From the IMG/VR virus record IMGVR_UViG_3300045988_151219, positions 74,124 through 138,123 of that record: 64,000 nucleotides of DNA; one strand, given 5' to 3'. Positions 18,278-26,894 of this stretch are shown here, piece after piece (the first letter of the stretch is position 1; every line of letters starts with the position of its first letter). The DNA comes from a virus. Both the position numbers and the translations under genes were made by a program. Below the pieces are notes generated by a model. It was not told where the DNA came from, did not search any database, and worked only from the letters and a program-made list of their open reading frames with translations.

Positions 18278-19051
18278 TTAGTCTGAAAAATAAGAAGAAA
18301 GGTCTTCCTCGGAACTGATAGTGTCCGGTGCTGATTCTACACGCTGGGCTATCCCTTTTTTCTCATCGTATTCCTGCTGTGTCATAGCAGTAGCTACAGG
18401 AAGTACAATGTCTTTGATGTGACGTTTCCAGAAGTCAATCACCTGTTGTTTGATTTTAGCAGATTTCTTCCACGTTGCAGCTCCGGCTACTGTGAAAGTC
18501 TTTGATTGAAATTTCTCATCATTACATGTTACCACGATATCAATGTTATTCAGCGGTGTATTCTGTACTTCTTCAATAGTTACCAAATCAGAATACTCTC
18601 TATACCCCAATACTAATACAGCATTAGTAACATGGTTAGACTGAATAACGCCTTTCCGGTCGGTCTCATAAATCAAGCATGGATATAAGTACCTTACTCT
18701 TACTTTAGGTGAACCCTTAAGCTGCAAATCGTCTGTTACAAGAATATTCGTTGATATTTCTTCATCATACACGGTCTTTATGATAATTACTTTATTTGAA
18801 ATTAATGAAATTCTTGACCTTGCAGACACTGTAAATCTTGCTTTATCAACCGGAAATCTTGATACTGTGGTTCCTGATTTCCCTACTACCACACCAGGTA
18901 CTGATGAAAGGGAACCAAAATCTAAATCATCTTTATCTTCTTTTGCTTCTACTATCTCTTCTGCTTTTGCTGCTTCTGTTTCTTCTACTTCGTTTGTTAG
19001 GACGTCTGTGTCATCAAGCACCTGGTCTAAACCTACTTCGTTCGTTGTCAT
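18278..19051 (-). CDS. Hypothetical protein with acidic termini (possible ssDNA-binding protein)
   Basis: Acidic N-terminus and acidic C-tail SSEEDLSSYFSD; sits between recombination genes and the HU-like gene. The function is a guess. Confidence 0.3.
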   Translation of the reverse strand: MTTNEVGLDQVLDDTDVLTNEVEETEAAKAEEIVEAKEDKDDLDFGSLSSVPGVVVGKSGTTVSRFPVDKARFTVSARSRISLISNKVIIIKTVYDEEISTNILVTDDLQLKGSPKVRVRYLYPCLIYETDRKGVIQSNHVTNAVLVLGYREYSDLVTIEEVQNTPLNNIDIVVTCNDEKFQSKTFTVAGAATWKKSAKIKQQVIDFWKRHIKDIVLPVATAMTQQEYDEKKGIAQRVESAPDTISSEEDLSSYFSD

Positions 19052-19072
19052 GACTTTCTCCTTTATTTTACT

Positions 19073-19564
19073 TTAAATTTCTTCAATTACTTTCTTCTTC
19101 GGCTTTTCTTCTGCTTTTGTTCCATATTTCTTGTAATCAAGCGGATGTAACACATCAAGCATCGCTTTGTCTTCCGCATCTTCTGAAACCAAAATTCCAT
19201 GGAATTTAAGAGAAGATTCAAGTTCTTCAAATCCCAGCAACTGTTCAATATAAGTCTTTACAGCTGTGGACGGATAGAACTTGAAGTGCGGTACATATTC
19301 CCATGTCTTCATTCCTGGAATTGGCTTTCCATTCTTATCAAGACCTGCTTTTGCTCCTCTCGGCTTACTGTGATTAATTTTATACTTTCCTACTCCAGCC
19401 AGCGGAATATTATGCTGGTCAATGACTGTCGTAAGCTCCGCCATTCCCCACATAATGTCTTTGTACAACTCCCATGCCTTCTGTTTCGATACATTCACAC
19501 CCAACGTATCCTTAATGATAAGCTGGATATGACGTTTGACTACTTCGGTCGTCTTAATAGCCAT
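19073..19564 (-). CDS. HU/IHF-fold DNA-binding protein (TF1-like) with enlarged arm
   Basis: IPLAGVGKYKINHSKPRGAKAGLDKNGKPIPGMKTWEYVPHFKFYPSTAVKTYI fits the HU pattern GfGxFxvxxRxaRxGrNPxTGexixI...FKxxxxLK. Confidence 0.6.
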   Translation of the reverse strand: MAIKTTEVVKRHIQLIIKDTLGVNVSKQKAWELYKDIMWGMAELTTVIDQHNIPLAGVGKYKINHSKPRGAKAGLDKNGKPIPGMKTWEYVPHFKFYPSTAVKTYIEQLLGFEELESSLKFHGILVSEDAEDKAMLDVLHPLDYKKYGTKAEEKPKKKVIEEI

Positions 19565-19594
19565 AAATTTTCTCCTTTACTAAATAAAATAAAT

Positions 19595-20035
19595 TTACAT
19601 CTTATAAGTTGAATTACTTATAAGGTATTGAGAAGAATTGTAAAACTGCAATAGCTTCTCATATTTACTTTTCAAAGTTAATGTAGCTTCTCGGACTAAA
19701 TCAACTTGTGAAAGTAAAAATTCTATTTGAGCAGTAATTTTACTGCGAATAGACGGCAAGACAGCTTCCTCTCTTATAGACTTCCTAAGCTGTCTTAATT
19801 TAATTTGTGCCTGCACCAGTAAAGCTAATTTGTTGCAGGCTTCCTGGTAATTAACAGCGGTCTCTTTATATCCCCCATAAAGTGTTGACAGCTGTGTAGG
19901 GTCTTTGATGTCCGGTATGTCTATCACGCCTTTTTCTAAGTCTGTATCAACAAAAGACATGATAGAGTTTATTACTCTTTCTAAAGAAGCACACATTGAA
20001 AGAAATTCACTTTGCTGCATAGAATTTATCCTCAA
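19595..20035 (-). CDS. Hypothetical protein
   Basis: 146-aa ORF; no motif recognised. Confidence 0.45.
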   Translation of the reverse strand: MRINSMQQSEFLSMCASLERVINSIMSFVDTDLEKGVIDIPDIKDPTQLSTLYGGYKETAVNYQEACNKLALLVQAQIKLRQLRKSIREEAVLPSIRSKITAQIEFLLSQVDLVREATLTLKSKYEKLLQFYNSSQYLISNSTYKM

Positions 20036-20849
20036 TAGTCTTAATCAACCAGGCTCTATCTTCTAAAGAGATACTCTCACTACGTTCTAATATCATAGGA
20101 ATGTTATTCTCTAAACAATAATGAGCTATCCGTAAAAGTTGAAGTTGCAGTTTACCACTATTAATATACGTTTCTGAATGCCTATCCAGATGTGACCCCT
20201 GCTTAACAAAATAAGGAATTGAGTTTAAGTGAACCAAAGAAGCATTGCTTAAAACCTTGTTCAAATAAGTCTTGTCTGTTAAGTCATCTCCATCAGCGTA
20301 AGCATGTTCCGTATCATATGTTATATATACGTTTTTGTAGTTTCCCTGTAACTGGAGTAAGTTCTTTACTACACCTATCTTAGTAGACTTTTTAGACCCT
20401 GGGTCGTTCTCATAAGTAAATTTTATTTTCTTTGAGCTTTGTCTATAAAATTCCTGACTAATATAAGAAAGCTCTTTGATATTTTCCTCATAAGACAGTT
20501 CAGGATTATATGCTCCGCAATGAGATACAAGATAAATGTTTATTCCATACTTGTCTACCATAAAAGACATTTTCTTATCTATATCTAAACAGTATTTTAA
20601 GATAAAAGCTTTATGAGTTTCTTTAATAAGAGTAAAAATAAAAGGTAAATGTATTACTATATTCACATTATCACTTGAACTTTTATTCTTTACAAGATAT
20701 TTACTCATTTCTAAGAATCGCTGATATCTCGGAACTTCCCATTGTGTAGGTGAAGATAAAAACATTTGAAACGTTCTTACTCCTTGAGTAAAAGCTTCTT
20801 TAAAGAAATCTACATTATCAACATGTACTCCGATTAAGTCGTACTGCAT
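20007..20849 (-). CDS. AP endonuclease IV-like (xylose-isomerase TIM barrel)
   Basis: VIHLPFIF, VSHCGAY, YENDPGS, YDTEHAYADGDDL, LVHLNSIP...GSHLDRHS parallel the Nfo metal-ligand motifs. Confidence 0.65.
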   Translation of the reverse strand: MQYDLIGVHVDNVDFFKEAFTQGVRTFQMFLSSPTQWEVPRYQRFLEMSKYLVKNKSSSDNVNIVIHLPFIFTLIKETHKAFILKYCLDIDKKMSFMVDKYGINIYLVSHCGAYNPELSYEENIKELSYISQEFYRQSSKKIKFTYENDPGSKKSTKIGVVKNLLQLQGNYKNVYITYDTEHAYADGDDLTDKTYLNKVLSNASLVHLNSIPYFVKQGSHLDRHSETYINSGKLQLQLLRIAHYCLENNIPMILERSESISLEDRAWLIKTIEDKFYAAK

Positions 20850-22075
20850 ACCTTGCCCTCTTTTTTCTGTGACTTAGCTCTTATATCATAAATAGCATTT
20901 TTAAGCTCATCAGCCTTATCCGTTTTCTCCCACGGGAAAATAACATTTCCAAAGAACCCTATTTTAGCCGTCATAGCATAATTCCAATCTGTAGGATGTC
21001 TTAAGTTAAGCTCTCTTTCTATCCCTGCCGGCGTTAAGTCAAATACCTGTCTAACTGCTCTTAAGATAATAGATGTAGGTATGTCTGATGTTCCAAAGCA
21101 TTTTATATTAACGGAACAGGGATTTTCTACACCAATAGCATAAGAAAGCTGTACTTCTACTTTATGAACAAGACCGGAAGCTACTAAATTCTTTGCTACA
21201 TATCTTGCCATTAATGCTCCTGATATATCCTGCTTGGTCGGGTCTTTACCATTCATAGAACCCCCACCAGCCGGAAAATACATACCATAAGAATCTACAA
21301 TAATTTTTCTTCCTGTTAATCCAGAATCTACAGCCGGACCAAACTCTGTAAATGACCCTGTAGGATTGATATAAAATCTCTTAACATCTTTAATATCAAA
21401 TCCGCTTGACTGTAATATCGGTGCAATGATTGTCTCTTTTACTCTTTTCCTTAACTCTGTTATTCCTATGTCTTTTGTTGAAGCTATAGAAATAACCACC
21501 GTGTCTACAATAAGTTTTTCTAATCCTCTATTATATCTTATTGTTACTTGAGCTTTTCCATCAGGATAAAAGGGATTGCCTAAATCAGCTAAAGCTACCT
21601 CGGTCATTCTGCATGTAAGCTTTCTTGCTAATTCAATAGGCAGCGGCATAAAGTTAGGTGTTTCATCAATAGCTCCCCCACATACTAACCCCTGGTCACC
21701 CGCTCCCTGTGTTTCAGACTGCTTTCCTCTAACATAAGTATCTTCAACACCTTGGTTAATCTCTTCTGATTGATTAGTTACTCTTACTTCTATTGATACT
21801 GTGTCATAACTAAAGCCTTTAGATGGGTCTATATAACCTAATGATTTAATAGCTTCTCTTGCTACTTTTTCATAAACACAAAAATACTTAGACTTTACTT
21901 CCCCCATAATAAGTAAAAAATCTTTACATACTGCACATTCAATTCCTACGTGTGCTTCTGAATCGTTAGCTAAAATATCATCCATAATTGACATAGCGAT
22001 AAAATCACACATTTTGTCCGGATGTCCTACACATACCGATTCAGAAGTAAATAAATAGCCTGTAACCTTATTCAT
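20834..22075 (-). CDS. metK: S-adenosylmethionine synthetase
   Basis: FTSESVCVGHPDKMCD, GAGDQGL, DGKAQVT, GGGSMNGKDPTKQDISGALMARYVAKNLVASGL. Confidence 0.95.
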   Translation of the reverse strand: MNKVTGYLFTSESVCVGHPDKMCDFIAMSIMDDILANDSEAHVGIECAVCKDFLLIMGEVKSKYFCVYEKVAREAIKSLGYIDPSKGFSYDTVSIEVRVTNQSEEINQGVEDTYVRGKQSETQGAGDQGLVCGGAIDETPNFMPLPIELARKLTCRMTEVALADLGNPFYPDGKAQVTIRYNRGLEKLIVDTVVISIASTKDIGITELRKRVKETIIAPILQSSGFDIKDVKRFYINPTGSFTEFGPAVDSGLTGRKIIVDSYGMYFPAGGGSMNGKDPTKQDISGALMARYVAKNLVASGLVHKVEVQLSYAIGVENPCSVNIKCFGTSDIPTSIILRAVRQVFDLTPAGIERELNLRHPTDWNYAMTAKIGFFGNVIFPWEKTDKADELKNAIYDIRAKSQKKEGKVCSTT

Positions 22076-22233
22076 TTAATATCTCCTTAAAATAAATATT
22101 TTCTATAGAAATTTAATTTTATTCTGTATTGCATTCTTAGAGTAGGAGATATTTTAACAGAAAATGCCTTCAGTTACTACGGCTTAATAGAATGTTATCC
22201 TTCTAAGAATTGTGTTTAAGAATAAATAAATTG
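22076..22233 (-). promoter_or_regulatory. Structured 5' leader of metK (candidate riboswitch or translational attenuator)
   Basis: Perfect 9-bp helix between RNA AUUCUUAGA (22210-22202) and UCUAAGAAU (22141-22133). The enclosed AUAUCUCCU (22152-22144) is perfectly complementary to the SD region AGGAGAUAU (22087-22079). Confidence 0.35.
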
Positions 22234-22473
22234 TTAGTTTTTATCTCTATATAATTTTAAATAATCAGAAACTAATTCACGCATATTTTCTGCAATATGA
22301 TGAATGAAATCACTATCAGAAACATTATCAGGAATATTATATTTCCACTCACCATCTTTATTGTATCTGTTTCGCAAGTCATTTAATACTTGAAAGACTT
22401 TCTCGTCTGATATAATAATTTCCGATTTATTCTCCATCTCGTGATTTATTGATATTAGTAATAAGCTCTTCAA
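22234..22473 (-). CDS. Hypothetical protein
   Basis: 79-aa ORF. Confidence 0.4.
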   Translation of the reverse strand: MKSLLLISINHEMENKSEIIISDEKVFQVLNDLRNRYNKDGEWKYNIPDNVSDSDFIHHIAENMRELVSDYLKLYRDKN

Positions 22474-23137
22474 TAGGTGTATTCATAACTTCATCAACAT
22501 CACCCTTATCAGCGTAAGTCACTCTTGAATCCCACTCTTCAATGGGGTCATCGTACTTATTAATAACTTCTTTGAAAGCTTCTGAAATATAACCATTGTT
22601 TACACTTTTAGTAGGTTCTACTTCTTCATCTATAGTTTTAAATGAAAATTCCTTTTTCCCTACTTTAGAGAAGTAATCCCCTATACGTGTATAAGCAAAA
22701 GCTCCTAAAGGCTGTTTACTGCCTATGGCTCCAACAAAAGAGTCCTCTCTTGTAGAAATTAATTTAGCTTTTCCTTCGCTGTCAACAAATAAAATAGAAT
22801 CCTGTTTGTACTTAATACCTAATTTCAATCCTAATTTAAATAAAGTGTTTTCTTCTTCTTTAGGTGCAAAGACTACTAAAGAATCTTCATCTACTACTAC
22901 AGATGAACCATCTTCTTTTTTCTCTACATAGCTTCCTTTAATTTTGTTGAACCCATAGTTAGCTGCTCGAAAATATCTTTGCAGCTCTTTAAAGTTCTTT
23001 CTATTTTCTTGAGGTGTGTTTTCATTCCTATTTGCGGAAATGAACAACAACACATCCCCACGGTCAAAATGCTGCTTAATTCTTCCTAAACTTGCTTCGC
23101 ATATCTTCATATTGTTGAACGTATCTTTTAATGACAT
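22427..23137 (-). CDS. Tandem paralog 3 of an MSLKxTF...EASLGR...FISANRNE family
   Basis: Collinear similarity to the two upstream copies along the whole length. Confidence 0.6.
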   Translation of the reverse strand: MSLKDTFNNMKICEASLGRIKQHFDRGDVLLFISANRNENTPQENRKNFKELQRYFRAANYGFNKIKGSYVEKKEDGSSVVVDEDSLVVFAPKEEENTLFKLGLKLGIKYKQDSILFVDSEGKAKLISTREDSFVGAIGSKQPLGAFAYTRIGDYFSKVGKKEFSFKTIDEEVEPTKSVNNGYISEAFKEVINKYDDPIEEWDSRVTYADKGDVDEVMNTPIEELITNINKSRDGE

Positions 23138-23765
23138 AATAATTACCTCTTTCTTTATTTAACCTTTTTGTACTTCTATTATCCCATTCAGTTAATCCGT
23201 CTTCATAACTATTTATAACAGACCTAAATGCTTCTTGTAGAAAGCCCCGCATATATTGTCTTTCAGGCTCTACTGACTCCAGAATACTGAATGAGAATTG
23301 CTTCTTTCCAATAGTAGAAAAATAATCTACCACTCTTGTATAAATAAACCTACCTAATTCTATAGCAGAATCAGTTAGTAAATTATAGTATTTTGCTTTT
23401 CCTTCACTATTTATAAAGAGAATAGCTTCTTGTTTATATCTTCTTCCTAACTGTTTACCTAATCTTAATAAAGTTATTTCATCTTTAGGTTTTCCATAGA
23501 CTATAAGAGAATCCTCTTCTACAGTAACTGTAGTACCATCTTCTCTATTTTCTACATAGCTTCCTTTGATTTTATTATACCCAAAATTAGAATCATAAAT
23601 ATAATGCTGTAACTCTTTAAAAGCTTTCTTGTTTTCCTGGATTGTACTTTCATTCCGATTAGCTGAAATAAATAAAATACAATCTCCATTATCGTAATGC
23701 TGCTTTAGTCTACCTAAACTTGCTTCATATAATTTTATATTGCTGAAAGTTTCTTTTAAAGACAT
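23076..23765 (-). CDS. Tandem paralog 2 of the same family
   Basis: The first 22 aa are nearly identical to copy 1. The C-terminal tail overlaps the start of copy 3 by 62 nt. Confidence 0.6.
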   Translation of the reverse strand: MSLKETFSNIKLYEASLGRLKQHYDNGDCILFISANRNESTIQENKKAFKELQHYIYDSNFGYNKIKGSYVENREDGTTVTVEEDSLIVYGKPKDEITLLRLGKQLGRRYKQEAILFINSEGKAKYYNLLTDSAIELGRFIYTRVVDYFSTIGKKQFSFSILESVEPERQYMRGFLQEAFRSVINSYEDGLTEWDNRSTKRLNKERGNYYVIKRYVQQYEDMRSKFRKN

Positions 23766-23766
23766 T

Positions 23767-24468
23767 TTACTCTTTCCTATTTTGTTCCACTATTTCTTTT
23801 ATTGCTTTCTCAAAAGAAGTTTTGCATATTTCTTTAACTTCAAAATCTTCCTCAACACTCCTATCCCATACTGCTAAAGGATTAGTTGAAGACTCCAATA
23901 ACTCTATAAAAGATTCTGAAAGTAACCTATCACCTAAGTTATGTTTAGGTTTTACTTCTTCTACTGTCTTAAAAGTAAAATGTCTCTTTCCTATCTTAGA
24001 AAAATAATCCCCTATCTTTATAGGACTAAATTTACCTACTGATTTCTTAGAACCTAAACTACCTATCTTAGTTCCTTCTTTAGTAGCGTAAAATTGAGCT
24101 TCTTTCTTACTATTGATAAAAAGTATAGAGTCCTGATTAAATCTTATTCCTAACTGGATACCTAATTTAAATAAGATATTTTCTTTATCTGCCGGAGCAA
24201 ATACTACTAAAGAATTTTCCGAAACAGGAACTTTTTCTCCATTACTGTTTTCTTCTACGTAATGTCCTTCTATCTTATTATAGCCAAAATTAGCTATCTT
24301 TACATAACGTTGAAGCTCTTTATAATTCTTCTTATTCTCTTTTTCTGAATTTTCATTTCTGTTTGCACTTATAAAGAGTAAACAATCTCCTTTTTCTAAG
24401 TGCTGCATAAGCCTTCCTAAGCTTGCTTCATATAATTTTATATTGCTGAAAGTTTCTTTTAAAGACAT
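23767..24468 (-). CDS. Tandem paralog 1 of the same family
   Basis: MSLKETFSNIKLYEASLGRL...LLFISANRNEN...FGYNKIEGHYVE...SLVVFAP. Confidence 0.6.
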   Translation of the reverse strand: MSLKETFSNIKLYEASLGRLMQHLEKGDCLLFISANRNENSEKENKKNYKELQRYVKIANFGYNKIEGHYVEENSNGEKVPVSENSLVVFAPADKENILFKLGIQLGIRFNQDSILFINSKKEAQFYATKEGTKIGSLGSKKSVGKFSPIKIGDYFSKIGKRHFTFKTVEEVKPKHNLGDRLLSESFIELLESSTNPLAVWDRSVEEDFEVKEICKTSFEKAIKEIVEQNRKE

Positions 24469-24469
24469 T

Positions 24470-25102
24470 TCATGAACCTCTTAAATCATAAATAATCTTC
24501 TTTGATAGTTTTAAAATGTTAGTAGTAGCCTGTGACATCTCTTTATTTAAAAATAAAGTAGTCGGGTGTGGTAACGGAATAATAACTACGTCTTTTTCTT
24601 CTTCATTATCTAATATTCCCTTAGATAACTTAGTGTAATAAATTTCTCCTAATGACTGTCTGACTGTTCCAAAGTTAAATCCAAAGAACCATCTTAGAGA
24701 ATCGTTACACATCAGAAAAATAACTTTATAATTACTAATAAAGCTAAACTCAAAATATTTTAAAGGTGCTTGTGATAAAATAGAGTTCCATAAAGGAATT
24801 TCTTCTACTACATTATATACCATACATAAATTGGAAACTTCACTCCGTGACAATCCTAATCTTAATAAATACTCATCAAACAGCTTTCCCTGTATTGTAT
24901 TTGAAGGAAATAGCATGTTATACTTAGCTTCGTTTTTATCCGGAGACCTTGAAATAAATACTATGTCCGAACCTTTAACTAAATGAGCGTGGTTGCCGTA
25001 AAGCTTAGTTTCCAACTGATATATTTTTTCTTTACTTGTTAAATTAAATCTCTGTAGATTCTTGATAGCATTTTGATTGTACTGAATTTTAAGTGACAGC
25101 AT
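24470..25102 (-). CDS. Uracil-DNA-glycosylase-superfamily (family 4/5-like) protein with non-canonical motif A
   Basis: VFISRSPDKNEAKYNMLFPSNTIQGKLFDEYLLRLGLSRSEV aligns by eye with fVGEAPGxxEdxxGxPFvGxaGxLLdxxL; PLPHPTTLF aligns with the HPS motif. Confidence 0.45.
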   Translation of the reverse strand: MLSLKIQYNQNAIKNLQRFNLTSKEKIYQLETKLYGNHAHLVKGSDIVFISRSPDKNEAKYNMLFPSNTIQGKLFDEYLLRLGLSRSEVSNLCMVYNVVEEIPLWNSILSQAPLKYFEFSFISNYKVIFLMCNDSLRWFFGFNFGTVRQSLGEIYYTKLSKGILDNEEEKDVVIIPLPHPTTLFLNKEMSQATTNILKLSKKIIYDLRGS

Positions 25103-25151
25103 GAATTATACCTTAGCGAAAGATAGTAGGAATTACAACAAATTATCAGGA

Positions 25152-25943
25152 TTAGATTTTAGTAGAACCTATTCCACCTAAGCGTGATTTATTCTGAACT
25201 TCATCGTGAGAAATAACTTTATATTCCTGGAAAATTCCCTGAATAAGTCTATCTCCTCTATTAACAATAAAAGGTTTGTCTGACATATTGTAGAACCTTG
25301 CACAGATTTCCCCTTCATTATCGGGATTATTTACATATGAGGAATCAATAATTCCTACACTGTTAGCAAGTATAATCCCATGTTTAATACCTAAAGAAGA
25401 CCTGATATGCAAAGATAAAAATTCATTCTTAGGCATATAAACTTTAACTCCGAACTTTACAATATCAGAATATTTATGAGGTTCTAAAGTAAAGCTGTAC
25501 AAAGAATAGAAATCATATCCGGCTGAACCGTCATCTGCTCTTCTCGGAAGCGGTGGCTTAAAAGGCTGAACAACGTCTCCATATCCGCCATCAATGTCTT
25601 CTCCATGTAATCCGATAAGGTTATCGAACTCCTGGATTTCATTTGATATTTCTCCCTCATCAGGCTTTGTAATTCCTATTATATCTTCTTCCCCAGCTAC
25701 TCCACATTCACATTCAGCAGCTTGTGCAAATCCTAAGCGGGAAACATATTCAAAATATCTTTTAGTCATTTCATCTAATGATTTTAAAGCTGTAGGTGAA
25801 CACCACGCAAAAAGCTTCTGCCCATTCCCTTTACCAAAAAGGTCGGGATGTTCAGTTTCAAATCTAACCAGCACCTGACGGTCTACAGCTAAGACTCGCC
25901 CAGGACCATATATTGAATGATAAACTTGTTGTCCAATAAACAT
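25152..25943 (-). CDS. dut: dUTPase with an extra ~130-aa N-terminal domain
   Basis: C-terminal half: GSAGYDFYS, IRSSLGIKHG, GIIDSSYVNNPDNEGEI, GDRLIQGIF, RLGGIGST (motifs I-V). The N-terminus GQQVYHSIYGPGRVLAV resembles the GxxVxHxxxGxGxV Tudor/CarD-like motif. Confidence 0.85.
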   Translation of the reverse strand: MFIGQQVYHSIYGPGRVLAVDRQVLVRFETEHPDLFGKGNGQKLFAWCSPTALKSLDEMTKRYFEYVSRLGFAQAAECECGVAGEEDIIGITKPDEGEISNEIQEFDNLIGLHGEDIDGGYGDVVQPFKPPLPRRADDGSAGYDFYSLYSFTLEPHKYSDIVKFGVKVYMPKNEFLSLHIRSSLGIKHGIILANSVGIIDSSYVNNPDNEGEICARFYNMSDKPFIVNRGDRLIQGIFQEYKVISHDEVQNKSRLGGIGSTKI

Positions 25944-25990
25944 TTTAATCTCCTATATAAATCTAAATGTTAAATACTATGAAAATATAT

Positions 25991-26212
25991 TTATTCCCCT
26001 TTCAAGCTCTTATAGTAATAAAGGGATAAAATCTTGCTACAATTACTACACTGTAAGTAATCTTCTGATATAACTAAGTATGACCCACAATGAGGACAGC
26101 GACACGGACAGCTAACTTCATTGTTTATTATAGAACCGAAAACTTTTTTCTTGTCTTTGCAGCTAAGCTGGATTAATTCTTTCGGAGATAAATAAGAGAA
26201 AAATTTTATCAC
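25991..26212 (-). CDS. Small zinc-ribbon protein
   Basis: CPCRCPHCGS ... CSNCSK. Confidence 0.45.
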   Translation of the reverse strand: MIKFFSYLSPKELIQLSCKDKKKVFGSIINNEVSCPCRCPHCGSYLVISEDYLQCSNCSKILSLYYYKSLKGE

Positions 26213-26880
26213 GATTTAACCCTCAAATCTAAGAGAAATGATAAAAGCTTTAAATCGCTTTTTATTCCCTTTCTCTTAATATACGATAATGTAGACTTCT
26301 TAATATTGTTACCTATCCTCAAATTGACTGTCTTTAGCAGTCTTTTATATTGTGGATTAACAGTTTGATTTTCCCAATCATTTACTCTCTCTAAGAAAGT
26401 AAACAGTGAAGATTCAACCATACTGTAAGGCAAATTATCTGTTATTTTAAATCCTGTTAGAATTAAATCCTTAAGAGATAAGCTGAAAGATTCATATAAA
26501 TCATAAATAGATTCATCTCCCTGGCTCTTGTCTACCCATTTACCAGTTAGCCATAAGATTTTAAGCAAGTAGTAAAAGTAATTATAATCACAATCATCAG
26601 CCTGTTCTATAAATCTTTTAGCTATCCTGTATTTCTTTTTCTCTATAACCCAGTTAAGTAACGCTCTGTGAGTAGATAAATCTTTATCCGGAACTCCTGC
26701 TAAGGAAATAAAATTCCTTGTATATATTTTTAAATCATCTCTTAAAGTCGGATAGTATTTCCCAGTGTAGATTATATCTAAGTTTTGACAAGATGAATCA
26801 ATGACATCCCGACACACATAATTAGGATAAAAAAAGATTACTATCTCTTTTGATTCTACACTTATTGTACAGTTTTCCAA
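26209..26880 (-). CDS. Hypothetical protein
   Basis: 223-aa ORF; no motif recognised. Confidence 0.45.
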   Translation of the reverse strand: MENCTISVESKEIVIFFYPNYVCRDVIDSSCQNLDIIYTGKYYPTLRDDLKIYTRNFISLAGVPDKDLSTHRALLNWVIEKKKYRIAKRFIEQADDCDYNYFYYLLKILWLTGKWVDKSQGDESIYDLYESFSLSLKDLILTGFKITDNLPYSMVESSLFTFLERVNDWENQTVNPQYKRLLKTVNLRIGNNIKKSTLSYIKRKGIKSDLKLLSFLLDLRVKS

Positions 26881-26894
26881 AGTGAAAACTCCTT

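Noticed and set aside
22076-22233. Classical SAM-I (S-box) riboswitch upstream of metK
   Set aside because: The conserved GGAGGGA...GCAACC...AGAUGAGA-type core elements are absent. I kept it only as an unclassified structured leader.
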